Assembly (NCBI GenBank): GCA_963667195.1
Contig: OY762962.1
Coordinates: forward strand, 2,138,591-2,202,590
Reading direction: 5' to 3'
DNA length: 64,000 nt
DNA from: Christensenellaceae bacterium
Lineage (GTDB): Bacteria; Bacillota; Clostridia; Christensenellales; CAG-138
The notes under the pieces are model-generated. The model searched no databases, had not been told where the DNA came from, and saw nothing but the letters and a program-made list of their open reading frames with translations. Both the position numbers and the translations under genes were made by a program. Each line of letters begins with the position of its first letter. Within the stretch, counting starts at the first letter, position 1. Below are positions 9,927 through 19,474 of this stretch, piece by piece.

Positions 9927-11089
9927 ACGCGTTCCACCAATGCGGCTAGACCCATACCTCCGCCGATGCAGAGCGTCGCAAGCCCTTTGTATGCGTTTTG
10001 TTCTCGCATGGAATAAAGCAGCGTCGTGAGAATGCGGGTGCCGGAGCAACCGACTGGGTGTCCGAGAGCGATCGCTCCACCCTTTACGTTTGTTTTTTCG
10101 GGCGGTAGGTTTAGCTCCCGCATGACCGCAATGGACTGAACGGCAAACGCTTCGTTGACTTCGATGAGATCCAGGTTGTCTATCGCCCATCCGCACTTTT
10201 CAAGCGCGCTTCTTGTGGCGGGTACCGGACCAAGACCCATGTAGTTTGGGTCGATGCCGGCTTTCGAAACGCAGACGAGACGAGCCAGCGGCGTTAAGGA
10301 TAGTTTATGAAGTGCTTCCGTAGAACACAGTATGATTGCGGCCGCACCGTCGTTGATTCCGGATGCGTTTCCCGCGGTTACGCTGCCCTCGGGTAAAAAG
10401 GCCGGCTTTAGTTTGCTTAATGCTTCCAACGTCGTATTCTGGCGCGGATACTCGTCTTTTTCGAACCAAAGTTCCTCTTTGCCTTGTTTGACGCGTATCG
10501 GAACAATCTCCGCGGAGAAATCCGCAAGTGATGCGCGCCGTTGGGATTCGACCGCGTAGGCATCCTGCTCTGCGCGGGAGATGTTGTACCGCTTTGCAAT
10601 GTTCTCTGCGGTAACGCCCATGTGTACGTCCGTGATGCCACATTGCAGTGCGTCCAACTGGATGGAATCCAACGCGGATGAATGCCCGAGTGGGTGACCC
10701 CAGCGTTGGTCGGGCAGAATGAACGGAGCTGCGGACATGAGCTCCATACCGCCCGTAACGACGATTTCGGCATCCCCGAGACGAATGCTCTGCGCGCCGT
10801 CTGCAATTGCCTTGAGGCCGGAACCACAGACCATATTCACTGTCCACGCGCAAGTTTCCACAGGAATTCCCGCGAATATCGAGGCGAGCCGGGCAGGATT
10901 TTGTCGGTGCCCCGCCGTAAGCACACACCCCATGATCACTTCATCGACCCGGGTGGGCGGAATTTTAGAGCGCTCCAACGTCTCGCGAATCACAGTGCCG
11001 CCGAGCTCATCCAAAGGTGCATTTCGCAGGCTTCCTCCAAATTTGCCGATTGCGGTTCTTGCTGCGCCTACAATCCATACGTCGCACAT
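9923..11089 (-). CDS. Acetyl-CoA C-acetyltransferase (thiolase II)
   Basis: Thiolase motifs are present: [11 protein letters not shown] (nucleophilic Cys), [13 protein letters not shown] and CIGGGMG. Confidence 0.95.
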   Translation of the reverse strand: MCDVWIVGAARTAIGKFGGSLRNAPLDELGGTVIRETLERSKIPPTRVDEVIMGCVLTAGHRQNPARLASIFAGIPVETCAWTVNMVCGSGLKAIADGAQSIRLGDAEIVVTGGMELMSAAPFILPDQRWGHPLGHSSALDSIQLDALQCGITDVHMGVTAENIAKRYNISRAEQDAYAVESQRRASLADFSAEIVPIRVKQGKEELWFEKDEYPRQNTTLEALSKLKPAFLPEGSVTAGNASGINDGAAAIILCSTEALHKLSLTPLARLVCVSKAGIDPNYMGLGPVPATRSALEKCGWAIDNLDLIEVNEAFAVQSIAVMRELNLPPEKTNVKGGAIALGHPVGCSGTRILTTLLYSMREQNAYKGLATLCIGGGMGLAALVERV

Positions 11090-11110
11090 TGTTTTTCCCC
11101 CTTGATTGGA

Positions 11111-11875
11111 TCAGTCGTTCAGTATAGCAACGGCGCGCACCGGCGCCGCGGAGGCGCCGCGCAGTTTCAACGGAAACAGGAATACCTGAAAGCCAAACGG
11201 CGGCAGAGCCGCAAGATTGGTCAACTGTTCGACGTGGAAGTATTCTTTCTTGGAACCGAGCAGATGCGCGTTCCAGAATAATTCGCGGTCGTTATTTTTC
11301 TTTGCAAGGCGAATTTGCTCTGCCAGCGGCATATCCCAACCCCACTGGTCGGTTCCCATCACACGAACACCCTGATCGATCAGCCATTCGGTCGCTTCCA
11401 GAGAAACGCCGGGTCCCGCGTTGGGATATGCCTTCGTCCCCATCAATCGGTCGCGATCGGTGCGGATGAGGACGATGGTGTTGGGTTTAATCTCGGCGCC
11501 CGTTTTACGCAATTGTCGCTGAATGTCGTCAATGGTAACAGGGTCATTGTCCGCTTTGGCGCTCATGTCGATGACGATGCCGTCTCCATGACAAAGTTCA
11601 AGCGGGATCTGTTCCGCGGTCTTCGCGGGTTTTCCCTCGCAGAGATCGGCGTAGTGATATGGCGCATCGATATGCGTTGTGGCGTGGGTACCGATCTTTA
11701 CAAAATCCGCAGTCCATCCGCGAAAGCCTGTAGGGAAAAGACGGAAAGGCAAGCCCATCATGCGGATTTGGAATCGTCCGAATGTGCGCGTCACAGGCGT
11801 AAGCTTCACTTTCATGACCATCGGATCATGTTTGTTATACTGAATCATCTTCGTGAGATCAACGATTTTTGTCAT
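11111..11875 (-). CDS. Cyclase-family metal-dependent hydrolase (kynurenine-formamidase-like fold)
   Basis: GTHATTHIDAPYH resembles the HxGTHxDxPxH metal-binding signature of the putative cyclase family. It is 254 aa. Confidence 0.7.
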   Translation of the reverse strand: MTKIVDLTKMIQYNKHDPMVMKVKLTPVTRTFGRFQIRMMGLPFRLFPTGFRGWTADFVKIGTHATTHIDAPYHYADLCEGKPAKTAEQIPLELCHGDGIVIDMSAKADNDPVTIDDIQRQLRKTGAEIKPNTIVLIRTDRDRLMGTKAYPNAGPGVSLEATEWLIDQGVRVMGTDQWGWDMPLAEQIRLAKKNNDRELFWNAHLLGSKKEYFHVEQLTNLAALPPFGFQVFLFPLKLRGASAAPVRAVAILND

Positions 11876-11888
11876 ACTATCCTCCCAA

Positions 11889-12890
11889 TTATCGTTTGGC
11901 GATTCTGGTCGTCAGCAAACCCAGATTGCCGAGCTCCATGCGGATTTCACTGCCGAACTGGACATGATGGTTGCTTTCGATCCCGCTACAACCTGGAATC
12001 GTGCCGGAGCCCATAAATTCGCCGGGAAAGATATGCTCACCCTCCGCCGCATATGCGACCGCCTCCTCAAGACTGTACCGCGCGCCGGTTAACTTACCTT
12101 TGCCAGACGGCGTTTCGTCGATCCAAACACCCGCTTCGAGGACATCGAAAACAGGCCATATCTCGTCCGGCGTCGCGACGACAGGGCCCATCACGCTGGC
12201 AAAGTTTTTCGATTTCGAAGGCCCGAATCCGCTGTCCATTTCCGGCAACTGCACATCGCGGGCGCTGCAATCGTTGAAGAGAACGAACCCGCCTATGGCG
12301 TCTTTTGCCTGTGCGGGAGTGCAGTTGTAGAGCGGTTTTGTGATCAGAACACCCAGTTCCAGCTCATAATCGATATAATTACTATAGGGCGGCCAGACGA
12401 TCTCGCTGCCGGACGGAACGAACGCAAGATGATTGCCGGTGTAGAAGATCGGCTTTTGATACCAGAGCTTTTTTGGAAGGAGCCGAGGGAACGGTTTGCG
12501 AAAGATGGTTTCATATGCCCTGATGATACCCTGGGACTTTGGCATAAATTCCCGCACGAAACCTTTCGCGGAGTGGATGACATGCTGTTCGTACAGCATG
12601 AAGTCGCGATAAGATTTAGGTTCAAACGGCATCAACCCTGTTTGGTAGTCTTCCATTCGGACGGAGACGTCGTTTGCAAACTGAAGAAGATACTCCGTTT
12701 CGTCAACGGCTGTCCGCCAATCGAACAGGAGTAAGACGATATCTGAGAGCTGTTGCTCAGACAGTTTGGATTTCCCTGCGTGTGTGCGGTCATATGCCAG
12801 CAGGGGCAGAAGCGGGGTTGCTTGATCGCCTCGTTTTGCCGCAATACAAGGTTGTCCGGTCTTCCTATTTCTCCAAAGTTCGTATAACAT
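11889..12890 (-). CDS. Fumarylacetoacetate hydrolase (FAH) family protein
   Basis: The C-terminal FAH-domain blocks read DYELELGVLI...FVLFNDCSARD...GPSKSKNF...GEFMGSGTIPG. Confidence 0.8.
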   Translation of the reverse strand: MLYELWRNRKTGQPCIAAKRGDQATPLLPLLAYDRTHAGKSKLSEQQLSDIVLLLFDWRTAVDETEYLLQFANDVSVRMEDYQTGLMPFEPKSYRDFMLYEQHVIHSAKGFVREFMPKSQGIIRAYETIFRKPFPRLLPKKLWYQKPIFYTGNHLAFVPSGSEIVWPPYSNYIDYELELGVLITKPLYNCTPAQAKDAIGGFVLFNDCSARDVQLPEMDSGFGPSKSKNFASVMGPVVATPDEIWPVFDVLEAGVWIDETPSGKGKLTGARYSLEEAVAYAAEGEHIFPGEFMGSGTIPGCSGIESNHHVQFGSEIRMELGNLGLLTTRIAKR

Positions 12891-12991
12891 CTGATAACCT
12901 CCGTCACGTCAGATATTGGGTAAATTGTTGTGTTTCGTATCGATAGTGGATCAGCCGCATTGATATATTTGGAATGAAAAGTCGGTTAAGC

Positions 12992-14287
12992 CTATTCGAT
13001 TGAGAGAGCTGCCGCCGCCGCGCCGACCAAGGTTGCATTTGCTGTGTGTACAAACCTGCAATGCCTATGAAACTCTTTGGGGATATCATGATACATCCGG
13101 TCCAGCAGCCGATCCCGTAACGGCTTGCATCTCTCGAAAACACTGCCCTCGATGCAGATAAGAGCGGGCGACTGCGGATCGACGCCAAGATCTGCTCTCT
13201 GCATAATTGCCGTAAGGCAAGCTGACAAGTAATAAGCTACCCGATCCAAGTAAGCGCTAAACAAGCGCTTCATAGCATTGCGATCCTCACTGGCATCGCC
13301 GCACAAGAGTCCAAAGGAATTGTCATCTTCAAAGGAATCCATGACGGAGACGATGTCCGGAACGGAGCTTTCATTCCAGTTGAGTATGCGTAAAGCAAGT
13401 GTTTCCGAAAAGCAATGTTGGGTAGCTGCGTCGCGAATATACGCTAAAAGCAGTTTTCCTAAATATGCGCCGGAAACCAGTTTTTCGAATAATTGCGTCC
13501 CGGGCGCCTCTGTTTTCGAGTCAAACTCGCGATCGATACGAGTCCTCTTAAAACCCGAGTAACCGCCTGCTTCGATATTCACAACGCTTTGGCCGGGATT
13601 ATGAACGAGCGCGGTTTCCTTCCGAATAGAAGCGTTCTCCTCGAAATAACAGCAATTCATCCCCGTTCCAAGTATCATCCCGATAAACCCGTCGGAAGAG
13701 TGACTTCCGTATTTCGCGATTCCACCGAGCATTGCCGCGGCGGTATCGTTCAGCACACAGACCTTTTGAGCAATCTTGTAGTTACGGCGTTCAAACGCCT
13801 CGCGGAGCGCTTCTCCTAGGATCACACCCTCCGCGCCGCGCACGCGCACTTCCTTATCGAAGAGAAGGATTTTGCCGTCTAGATTTGGCAGGATTTCACA
13901 GGGGAAAGAAAAGCAGATACCAATATTGCAATTGATGGCAACGAAAGGGAAGAGCAGCTCCGCTACTTTATCAAATAACTCATGCGCCGAAAGCTCTTCT
14001 TTCGTACCTGGCATTGCGTGGACAAAATATTCCACGCACGCTTCCCCGGATGAATCGAAATCCACTCGCGCGATTCTCAGATTTGTTCCGCCCATATCGA
14101 TTGCAAAGGCTTGCCTATCACGCAACACCGGTGCGGAAGCGGTGAGAAAGTTTGGTATCATCAAGAGCGAACTTTTTTCTCCAATGAGACCTTTCTTCAT
14201 CTCAAGTTCAAATGCATCCACGATTGTGCGAAACGTGACATGTTGCGTAACCAGCCCGATCTCTTCCAGATATGTTTTCATTTCCAT
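12992..14287 (-). CDS. Hexokinase-family sugar kinase (eukaryote-type hexokinase fold)
   Basis: FAIDMGGTNLRIA corresponds to LALDLGGTNFRV, ICFSFPCE to TFSFP, and GMILGTGMNCCY to G.GTGTNACY. The size of ~430 aa fits. Confidence 0.75.
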   Translation of the reverse strand: MEMKTYLEEIGLVTQHVTFRTIVDAFELEMKKGLIGEKSSLLMIPNFLTASAPVLRDRQAFAIDMGGTNLRIARVDFDSSGEACVEYFVHAMPGTKEELSAHELFDKVAELLFPFVAINCNIGICFSFPCEILPNLDGKILLFDKEVRVRGAEGVILGEALREAFERRNYKIAQKVCVLNDTAAAMLGGIAKYGSHSSDGFIGMILGTGMNCCYFEENASIRKETALVHNPGQSVVNIEAGGYSGFKRTRIDREFDSKTEAPGTQLFEKLVSGAYLGKLLLAYIRDAATQHCFSETLALRILNWNESSVPDIVSVMDSFEDDNSFGLLCGDASEDRNAMKRLFSAYLDRVAYYLSACLTAIMQRADLGVDPQSPALICIEGSVFERCKPLRDRLLDRMYHDIPKEFHRHCRFVHTANATLVGAAAAALSIE

Positions 14288-14368
14288 ATTGAATCCTCCC
14301 CAAAGTGTAATCGTATCAGGCACGCTACACTCGTCATAACAAGCTTTACGATTTCCATATCGCTTATC

Positions 14369-15295
14369 TTAAACAACGTACTGTTCTAAATATCGTTTCG
14401 ATAGCCGCAGGGAATCGATAATGCGTTCCGCGCTGTATTCAAACGCCCGATCCTCCACTTCGATGCAGACTGGACCGTGATATCCGATATCGGTCAGCGC
14501 GGAGATAAACCGCCCCCAATCAACGTCGCCTAGCCCCGGCAACTTTGGCGCCATATAGGCAAGCGGATACGCCATCGTTCCGACCTGAGCCAGTTTTTCC
14601 CGATCGATCTTTACATCTTTACAGTGCACATGCCAAATGCGTTCGCGGAACTCATACAGCGGTTGGATATAATCCATCATCTGCCAAATAAAATGGCTTG
14701 GATCGTAATTGATACCCAGATTGGTGTCGGGCAGGAGGTGAAAAATCTTTCGCCAGTTGTCCGGTGACGTCATGATGTTTTGGCCGCCCGGCCACTGCCC
14801 CGCGTCGAATAGCATCGGGCAGTTTTCTATCGCGATTCTTACCCCGTGTTCACGTGCGAACTGCAGAATTGGAGACCAGATGGCCGGCAATTGGTAAAGG
14901 TTCTCTTCAATTGTCTTTTCCTGCATGCGTCCAAGAAATGTTGTTACGAGCCCAACGCCCAATCGCCCGCTTGCGAGAATGACTTGCTTGAGATGAGCGA
15001 TATTCTCGTTTCGTTGTGTCAGATCGGAATCCATCATATTTGGATAGTATGCTAGAGACGAGATGCTTACTTTGTTCGTTGCTGCGCAGTCGACGACATC
15101 GTGACAATAACTTTCATCGTTTACTACACGGTTGACGTCAAGATGGCAAACGCCCGCATATCGCCGATTTGCTTCTTTTGCGGGCCAGCACGCTAACTCA
15201 ACAGTTCGCAACCCGAGCTGCGAGGCGGATTTCATCATTTCCTCGTATCCCATATCTCCTAAAATGACGCTGCAAAATCCCAACTTCATACACAC
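14369..15295 (-). CDS. Sugar phosphate isomerase/epimerase (xylose-isomerase-like TIM barrel)
   Basis: It has the typical AP-endonuclease-2/xylose-isomerase-like pattern (GLRTVEL..., IAIENCP, WHVHCKD, CIEVED). It sits in an operon with a Gfo/Idh/MocA oxidoreductase. Confidence 0.8.
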   Translation of the reverse strand: MCMKLGFCSVILGDMGYEEMMKSASQLGLRTVELACWPAKEANRRYAGVCHLDVNRVVNDESYCHDVVDCAATNKVSISSLAYYPNMMDSDLTQRNENIAHLKQVILASGRLGVGLVTTFLGRMQEKTIEENLYQLPAIWSPILQFAREHGVRIAIENCPMLFDAGQWPGGQNIMTSPDNWRKIFHLLPDTNLGINYDPSHFIWQMMDYIQPLYEFRERIWHVHCKDVKIDREKLAQVGTMAYPLAYMAPKLPGLGDVDWGRFISALTDIGYHGPVCIEVEDRAFEYSAERIIDSLRLSKRYLEQYVV

Positions 15296-15343
15296 ACCTC
15301 GTAAAATCTTTTTTGATAGCGATTCAATACGCTTTGAGAACGG

Positions 15344-16393
15344 TTATTCAAACGAGACTACCTGATTCATTTCCGCCGAAATTCGAGCGACATCCATCAA
15401 ACGCATCACACGCAGAGATTGCTCAGGCCGGACAATCAGGTTTTCTTCGCCGGCTATCGCTTTTGTAACATTACGGTAGAAGTCGCGAACGCTGACCTTG
15501 AACCGTGGTAGTTGCAGAGTTTCCAGCGTTTCCGGATCTCTGGGCGCCATCGTACGGGTGATGCCCTTTCCGGCTTCGATGGGTTTGGTGTTGTTCTTAA
15601 CATCTTCTTTCAGCCGGGTGATGGAACCGAGCCGAATCCAGAAATCGCGCACGGTCATCGTCCCGTCCATTCCGTTGACATACCACCGGGGCAGAAGCTC
15701 CATATTCCAGGTTCTTACCTCTATCAACGCTTGCAAGCCGTCTTCAAAATTGAGATGCAGTTCAACCGAATCATCGCACTCGCCGCCTAAAATGTGCCCA
15801 AGGGTGCAATAAATCGTGCTGATTTTCTGTGGCATGAGCCAAAGCAACTGATCAGCAAGATGGATCCCCCAATCGAGAAGCATGCCGCCGCCGAACTCGC
15901 GTTTTGTGCGCCAGTCACCCGGGATGCCCTGACTGCCCATGACGCGGGATTCTATACGGTAGAGCTTCCCTATGGTCTGATCTTCGTGTACTTTCTTTAC
16001 CATTAAAAAATCCTCATCCCATCTGCGATTCTGATGAACGGTAAAGATTCGATTGCATTCCTTTGCGACCGCTATGATGTCCTCAAGGTCTTTTGCGCAT
16101 AGTGTGACCGGCTTTTCGCAGATGACGTGCTTTCCCGCGCGCATCGCGCGAATCGCAATATCCTTATGCAGGTGATTTGGCGTTGCGATCAAAACGATAT
16201 CTACCTTCGGATCATCGAGAAGATCGTTCAAAGAAGAGTAAACGAAAAGCCCCATGTCTCTTGCGATCATCTGCCGCTCATTCGATATATCGTAACTTCC
16301 AAGCAGATTCACTTCTTCCACCTGCTCCATCATTTTCGCATGCTGATGCCCCATAGCGCCAAAACCGACGATCGCTACGTTCTGAATCTTCAT
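15344..16393 (-). CDS. Gfo/Idh/MocA-family NAD(P)-dependent sugar oxidoreductase
   Basis: It has the N-terminal Rossmann motif VAIVGFGAMGHQH and the EKP motif (CEKPVT). ATG 16393 is preceded by GGAGGG. Confidence 0.9.
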   Translation of the reverse strand: MKIQNVAIVGFGAMGHQHAKMMEQVEEVNLLGSYDISNERQMIARDMGLFVYSSLNDLLDDPKVDIVLIATPNHLHKDIAIRAMRAGKHVICEKPVTLCAKDLEDIIAVAKECNRIFTVHQNRRWDEDFLMVKKVHEDQTIGKLYRIESRVMGSQGIPGDWRTKREFGGGMLLDWGIHLADQLLWLMPQKISTIYCTLGHILGGECDDSVELHLNFEDGLQALIEVRTWNMELLPRWYVNGMDGTMTVRDFWIRLGSITRLKEDVKNNTKPIEAGKGITRTMAPRDPETLETLQLPRFKVSVRDFYRNVTKAIAGEENLIVRPEQSLRVMRLMDVARISAEMNQVVSFE

Positions 16394-16647
16394 AAGTAAG
16401 CCCTCCAAATTATTTTCTCGAGTTGATAAGATTGATTTGACAGCATAAAAATATCAGCTTGGTGAATCTGTGTATATACATATAGTTTCTTCAAGAGAAT
16501 CGATGAAACAATTGACATTTACATGAAATGTGTTGAAAGCTATGATGAAACCATCAAATCGGACATGTCATTTTGATGCGCGACAAACATAAAAAGTTCT
16601 AACAAAATCACTGCCACGATACACGCATATATAAAGGAGAACCCACC

Positions 16648-17745
16648 ATGCAAGACGGAAAACTGCAGATTGGTATCATCGGTTGCGGCGGAATTGCGAA
16701 TAAAAAGCATATGCCGGCGCTGCGAAAACTATCCGACAAAGCGACGATGGTTGCGTTTTGCGACATTGTTTTGGAAAAGGCGCAGGAGGCTGCGAGACGC
16801 TACGGCGGCAAGGGTGCCGCAGTCTATACCGATTATCGCGAACTGCTCAGCGACTCCAATATCGACGTCGTTCATGTGCTGACGCCGAATACGACACACT
16901 GCAACATCGTTGTAGACAGCTTTCGGGCTAATAAGCATGTTATGTGTGAGAAACCGATGGCGGCATCGACCGCCGACGCTCAAAAAATGCTGGACGCATG
17001 GAGAAATACGGATCGGAAATTTACCATCGGTTATCAGAACCGGTTTCGCGACGACGTCGCCGCTGTAAATGAGGCTTGCCGTTGCGGCGACATGGGGGAA
17101 GTTTATTTCGCAAAAGCGCATGCGGTTCGCAGACGCGCCGTCCCGACTTGGGGCGTTTTCATGGATAAAGAAAAACAAGGCGGCGGGCCTTTGATCGATA
17201 TTGGCACGCACAGCCTTGATATGGCGCTCTGGTGCATGGACAACTTCAAGCCGAAGAGCGTGACAGGCGTTACCTTCCATAAGATGGCGGATGCTGTCGA
17301 GGGGAATCTGTTTGGCGCGTGGGATGTCGAAAAATTCGACGTTGAAGATTCGGCATTCGGGTTCATTCAGATGGAAAACGGAGCGACGATCTATCTGGAG
17401 GCATCCTGGATTCTGAACATAAAGGAATCCAATGAAGCGAGCATGACACTCTGCGGAACGAAGATGGGCGCGGAGATCAGCCATCCGATGACCGACGTTC
17501 CGGAAGTTACGTTCAACTTCGCAAAATACGGCAAACTCATGATTGAGCGGCCGGCTGCCGTGGCGGCGGTGCCTTACTTTGGCGGGGCCATGCTGTCGCC
17601 GGAGGATCGGGAAGCTGTGCAGTGGCTCGATTGCATCTTGAACGACACGCAGCCGCTCGTGAAACCTGAGCAGGCGTTCGCGGTCACGCAGATACTGGAG
17701 GCAATCTACACGTCTGCAAAAACGGGCAAACAGGTCGTTTTTTAA
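16648..17745 (+). CDS. Gfo/Idh/MocA oxidoreductase, candidate glycoside 3-oxidase (DgpA-like)
   Basis: It has the motifs IGIIGCGGIANKKH and CEKPMA. It lies immediately upstream of a TIM-barrel plus DUF6379-like gene pair, the arrangement known for C-glycoside deglycosidase loci. Confidence 0.75.
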   Translation: MQDGKLQIGIIGCGGIANKKHMPALRKLSDKATMVAFCDIVLEKAQEAARRYGGKGAAVYTDYRELLSDSNIDVVHVLTPNTTHCNIVVDSFRANKHVMCEKPMAASTADAQKMLDAWRNTDRKFTIGYQNRFRDDVAAVNEACRCGDMGEVYFAKAHAVRRRAVPTWGVFMDKEKQGGGPLIDIGTHSLDMALWCMDNFKPKSVTGVTFHKMADAVEGNLFGAWDVEKFDVEDSAFGFIQMENGATIYLEASWILNIKESNEASMTLCGTKMGAEISHPMTDVPEVTFNFAKYGKLMIERPAAVAAVPYFGGAMLSPEDREAVQWLDCILNDTQPLVKPEQAFAVTQILEAIYTSAKTGKQVVF

Positions 17746-17772
17746 TATAGGATAGCAAAAGGAGAAACGGTA

Positions 17773-17991
17773 ATGGCATATGACAGAAAGACAACGGTCG
17801 GCGAGATCCTTGCGGATCCCATCGCGGTAGAAGTCCTCGAAGACTTCATCCCCGGTGTTGCGACGCATCCGATGATTCATCACGCATTGACGATGACGCT
17901 TGAGGATGTCGCGTCTTTCCCGCCTTCGGGCGCGGATTCGGAGATGATCGACGATTTCTTAGACGCAATCAACGAGCGTCTACAGGGCTGA
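17773..17991 (+). CDS. Small conserved hypothetical protein (72 aa)
   Basis: A paralogue at 23661-23876 occupies the same position after the second oxidoreductase. The two share an N-terminal TT(V/I)GEILxDP block. Confidence 0.55.
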   Translation: MAYDRKTTVGEILADPIAVEVLEDFIPGVATHPMIHHALTMTLEDVASFPPSGADSEMIDDFLDAINERLQG

Positions 17992-18004
17992 AATGGAGCG
18001 TAAC

Positions 18005-19003
18005 ATGAATGGGATTAAACCCTGCGTCAGCTTTTATAGCTACCAGGACGCATATGCGACAAAAAGCATGTCGCTGGAAGCGCTCTTTGCAGAGCAAATT
18101 GCGCTGGGGTTGGATGGGTTTGAGTTCATTTCGGATCAGATGATGCATGGCACGCCTCGCCCGGAGGAGGAAACGCTCGCAAAATGGGATTCGCTGCTCT
18201 GGCGCTATCCGCTTCGGCCAATCTGCAACGATATTTTCATCAATACCAAACTATACAAAAACCGCCTGCTCACGCAGAAGGAAGGCGTAGCGTTCCTAAA
18301 GGATGAGATTCGTCTAGCAAAACGGCTGGGATTTCAAATCGTTCGAATGGTAACCCATACACCTTGGAATATTGTCATGCCCGCGATGGAATTGGCGGAG
18401 CAAAATGGTATCCGTCTGAGCTTTGAGATCCATGGCGGCATGGGGTTTCATACCGAGGCGACGCAGGCCCAGCTTGCGGAGGTGAGGAGAATCAATTCTC
18501 CATATCTCGGATTGGTGATCGATTCGAGCTTGTTCTGCAAAAGTCTGCCGAAAAAAATCCGTGCGGTTTCCAAGAGCTACGGTGTGAGCGACAGTGCACT
18601 GGACTATATCGACAGTATCTACGCAAGAGGAGAAAGCCCGAACGACGTGTTTCAAAACGGTATTCCGGCGGACATGGAACCGTTTGTGCGTTCGCCTATG
18701 GATCGGATGATTGCGCCGCTGGTTTCAGGCTATGAGAACAACCCGATGTCTGTGTTGGACGATCTGATGCCATTCGTATTTCACGTACACGGCAAGCTGC
18801 TGGAAATGAACACGGATGGGACTGCGGATGCGACTGACTGGCAGGAGATCATCAACTATCTCAAGTTGAAGAACTATGTTGGGTACATCGCGACCGAGTA
18901 CGAAGGGCAGCGCTATAAAGCGCTGGACGCCCGTTCGGACGAAGTCGAGACGGTGCGCGCGCATCAACGACTGCTGAGAAGTTGTATCGGGGAGGAGGCG
19001 TAG
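18005..19003 (+). CDS. Xylose-isomerase-like TIM-barrel protein, candidate C-glycoside deglycosidase alpha subunit (DgpC/CarB-like)
   Basis: The TIM-barrel sequence is ~333 aa, and its stop abuts the start of the small beta-subunit-like gene. The alternative start is 17993. Confidence 0.65.
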   Translation: MNGIKPCVSFYSYQDAYATKSMSLEALFAEQIALGLDGFEFISDQMMHGTPRPEEETLAKWDSLLWRYPLRPICNDIFINTKLYKNRLLTQKEGVAFLKDEIRLAKRLGFQIVRMVTHTPWNIVMPAMELAEQNGIRLSFEIHGGMGFHTEATQAQLAEVRRINSPYLGLVIDSSLFCKSLPKKIRAVSKSYGVSDSALDYIDSIYARGESPNDVFQNGIPADMEPFVRSPMDRMIAPLVSGYENNPMSVLDDLMPFVFHVHGKLLEMNTDGTADATDWQEIINYLKLKNYVGYIATEYEGQRYKALDARSDEVETVRAHQRLLRSCIGEEA

Positions 19004-19005
19004 GG

Positions 19006-19401
19006 ATGTTTTTCGATTATTACGCGTTCAGCGAAGGAAGCTGTAAAAACGTAGAAAAAGATGGCGTAGTCGTTGGGTTCGAACTCAAAACACGGATTAC
19101 GTATTATCGCGGCATCCCACTCTCCATGATTGACAATGTCGAAATTCGCGTCGACAATCGCCTGATTGATAAAACGAAAATGCACTTCACGCCGAACGGC
19201 GAAGATTGGTTTACGTTAGCTGAAATGGAAACCGTATCGGCGATCAAGTGGGAATTTGGCGAGGAAGCCACCATCTTTGTCGAGCAGGAAGGCGGCCTAT
19301 CGCAAGGGAAACACAAAGTGGCATTACGCACATCAATCACCGTTGCATATGCGCCGCTGAACTTTATGGGTGAGAGGAGCCGCATCGTAGAAATCCAATA
19401 A
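19006..19401 (+). CDS. Candidate C-glycoside deglycosidase beta subunit (DgpB/CarC-like, DUF6379-like)
   Basis: It is 131 aa. MFFDYYAF...NVEKDGVVVGFELKTRITYYRGIPLSMIDNVEIRVD matches my memory of the DUF6379 N-terminal pattern (..GF.....YYRG..LS). A strong GGAGGAGG RBS lies upstream. Confidence 0.65.
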   Translation: MFFDYYAFSEGSCKNVEKDGVVVGFELKTRITYYRGIPLSMIDNVEIRVDNRLIDKTKMHFTPNGEDWFTLAEMETVSAIKWEFGEEATIFVEQEGGLSQGKHKVALRTSITVAYAPLNFMGERSRIVEIQ

Positions 19402-19474
19402 GAAAGTGAACTAGATCAGATAGAGGAATCACATCGCAAATCCAGTAAAAAAGAAATAGATGGGAGAGTAAGTT

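Noticed and set aside
9927-10196. A 90-codon N-terminal extension of the CoA-transferase A ORF in the track (308 aa)
   Set aside because: The extension overlaps the 3' end of the thiolase gene and is Arg/His-rich. The family N-terminus MNKRISV...GGF begins at 9926.
16729-17883. A 384 aa ORF on the minus strand
   Set aside because: It is antisense to the DgpA-like oxidoreductase and the small ORF, with Arg-rich shadow-frame composition.
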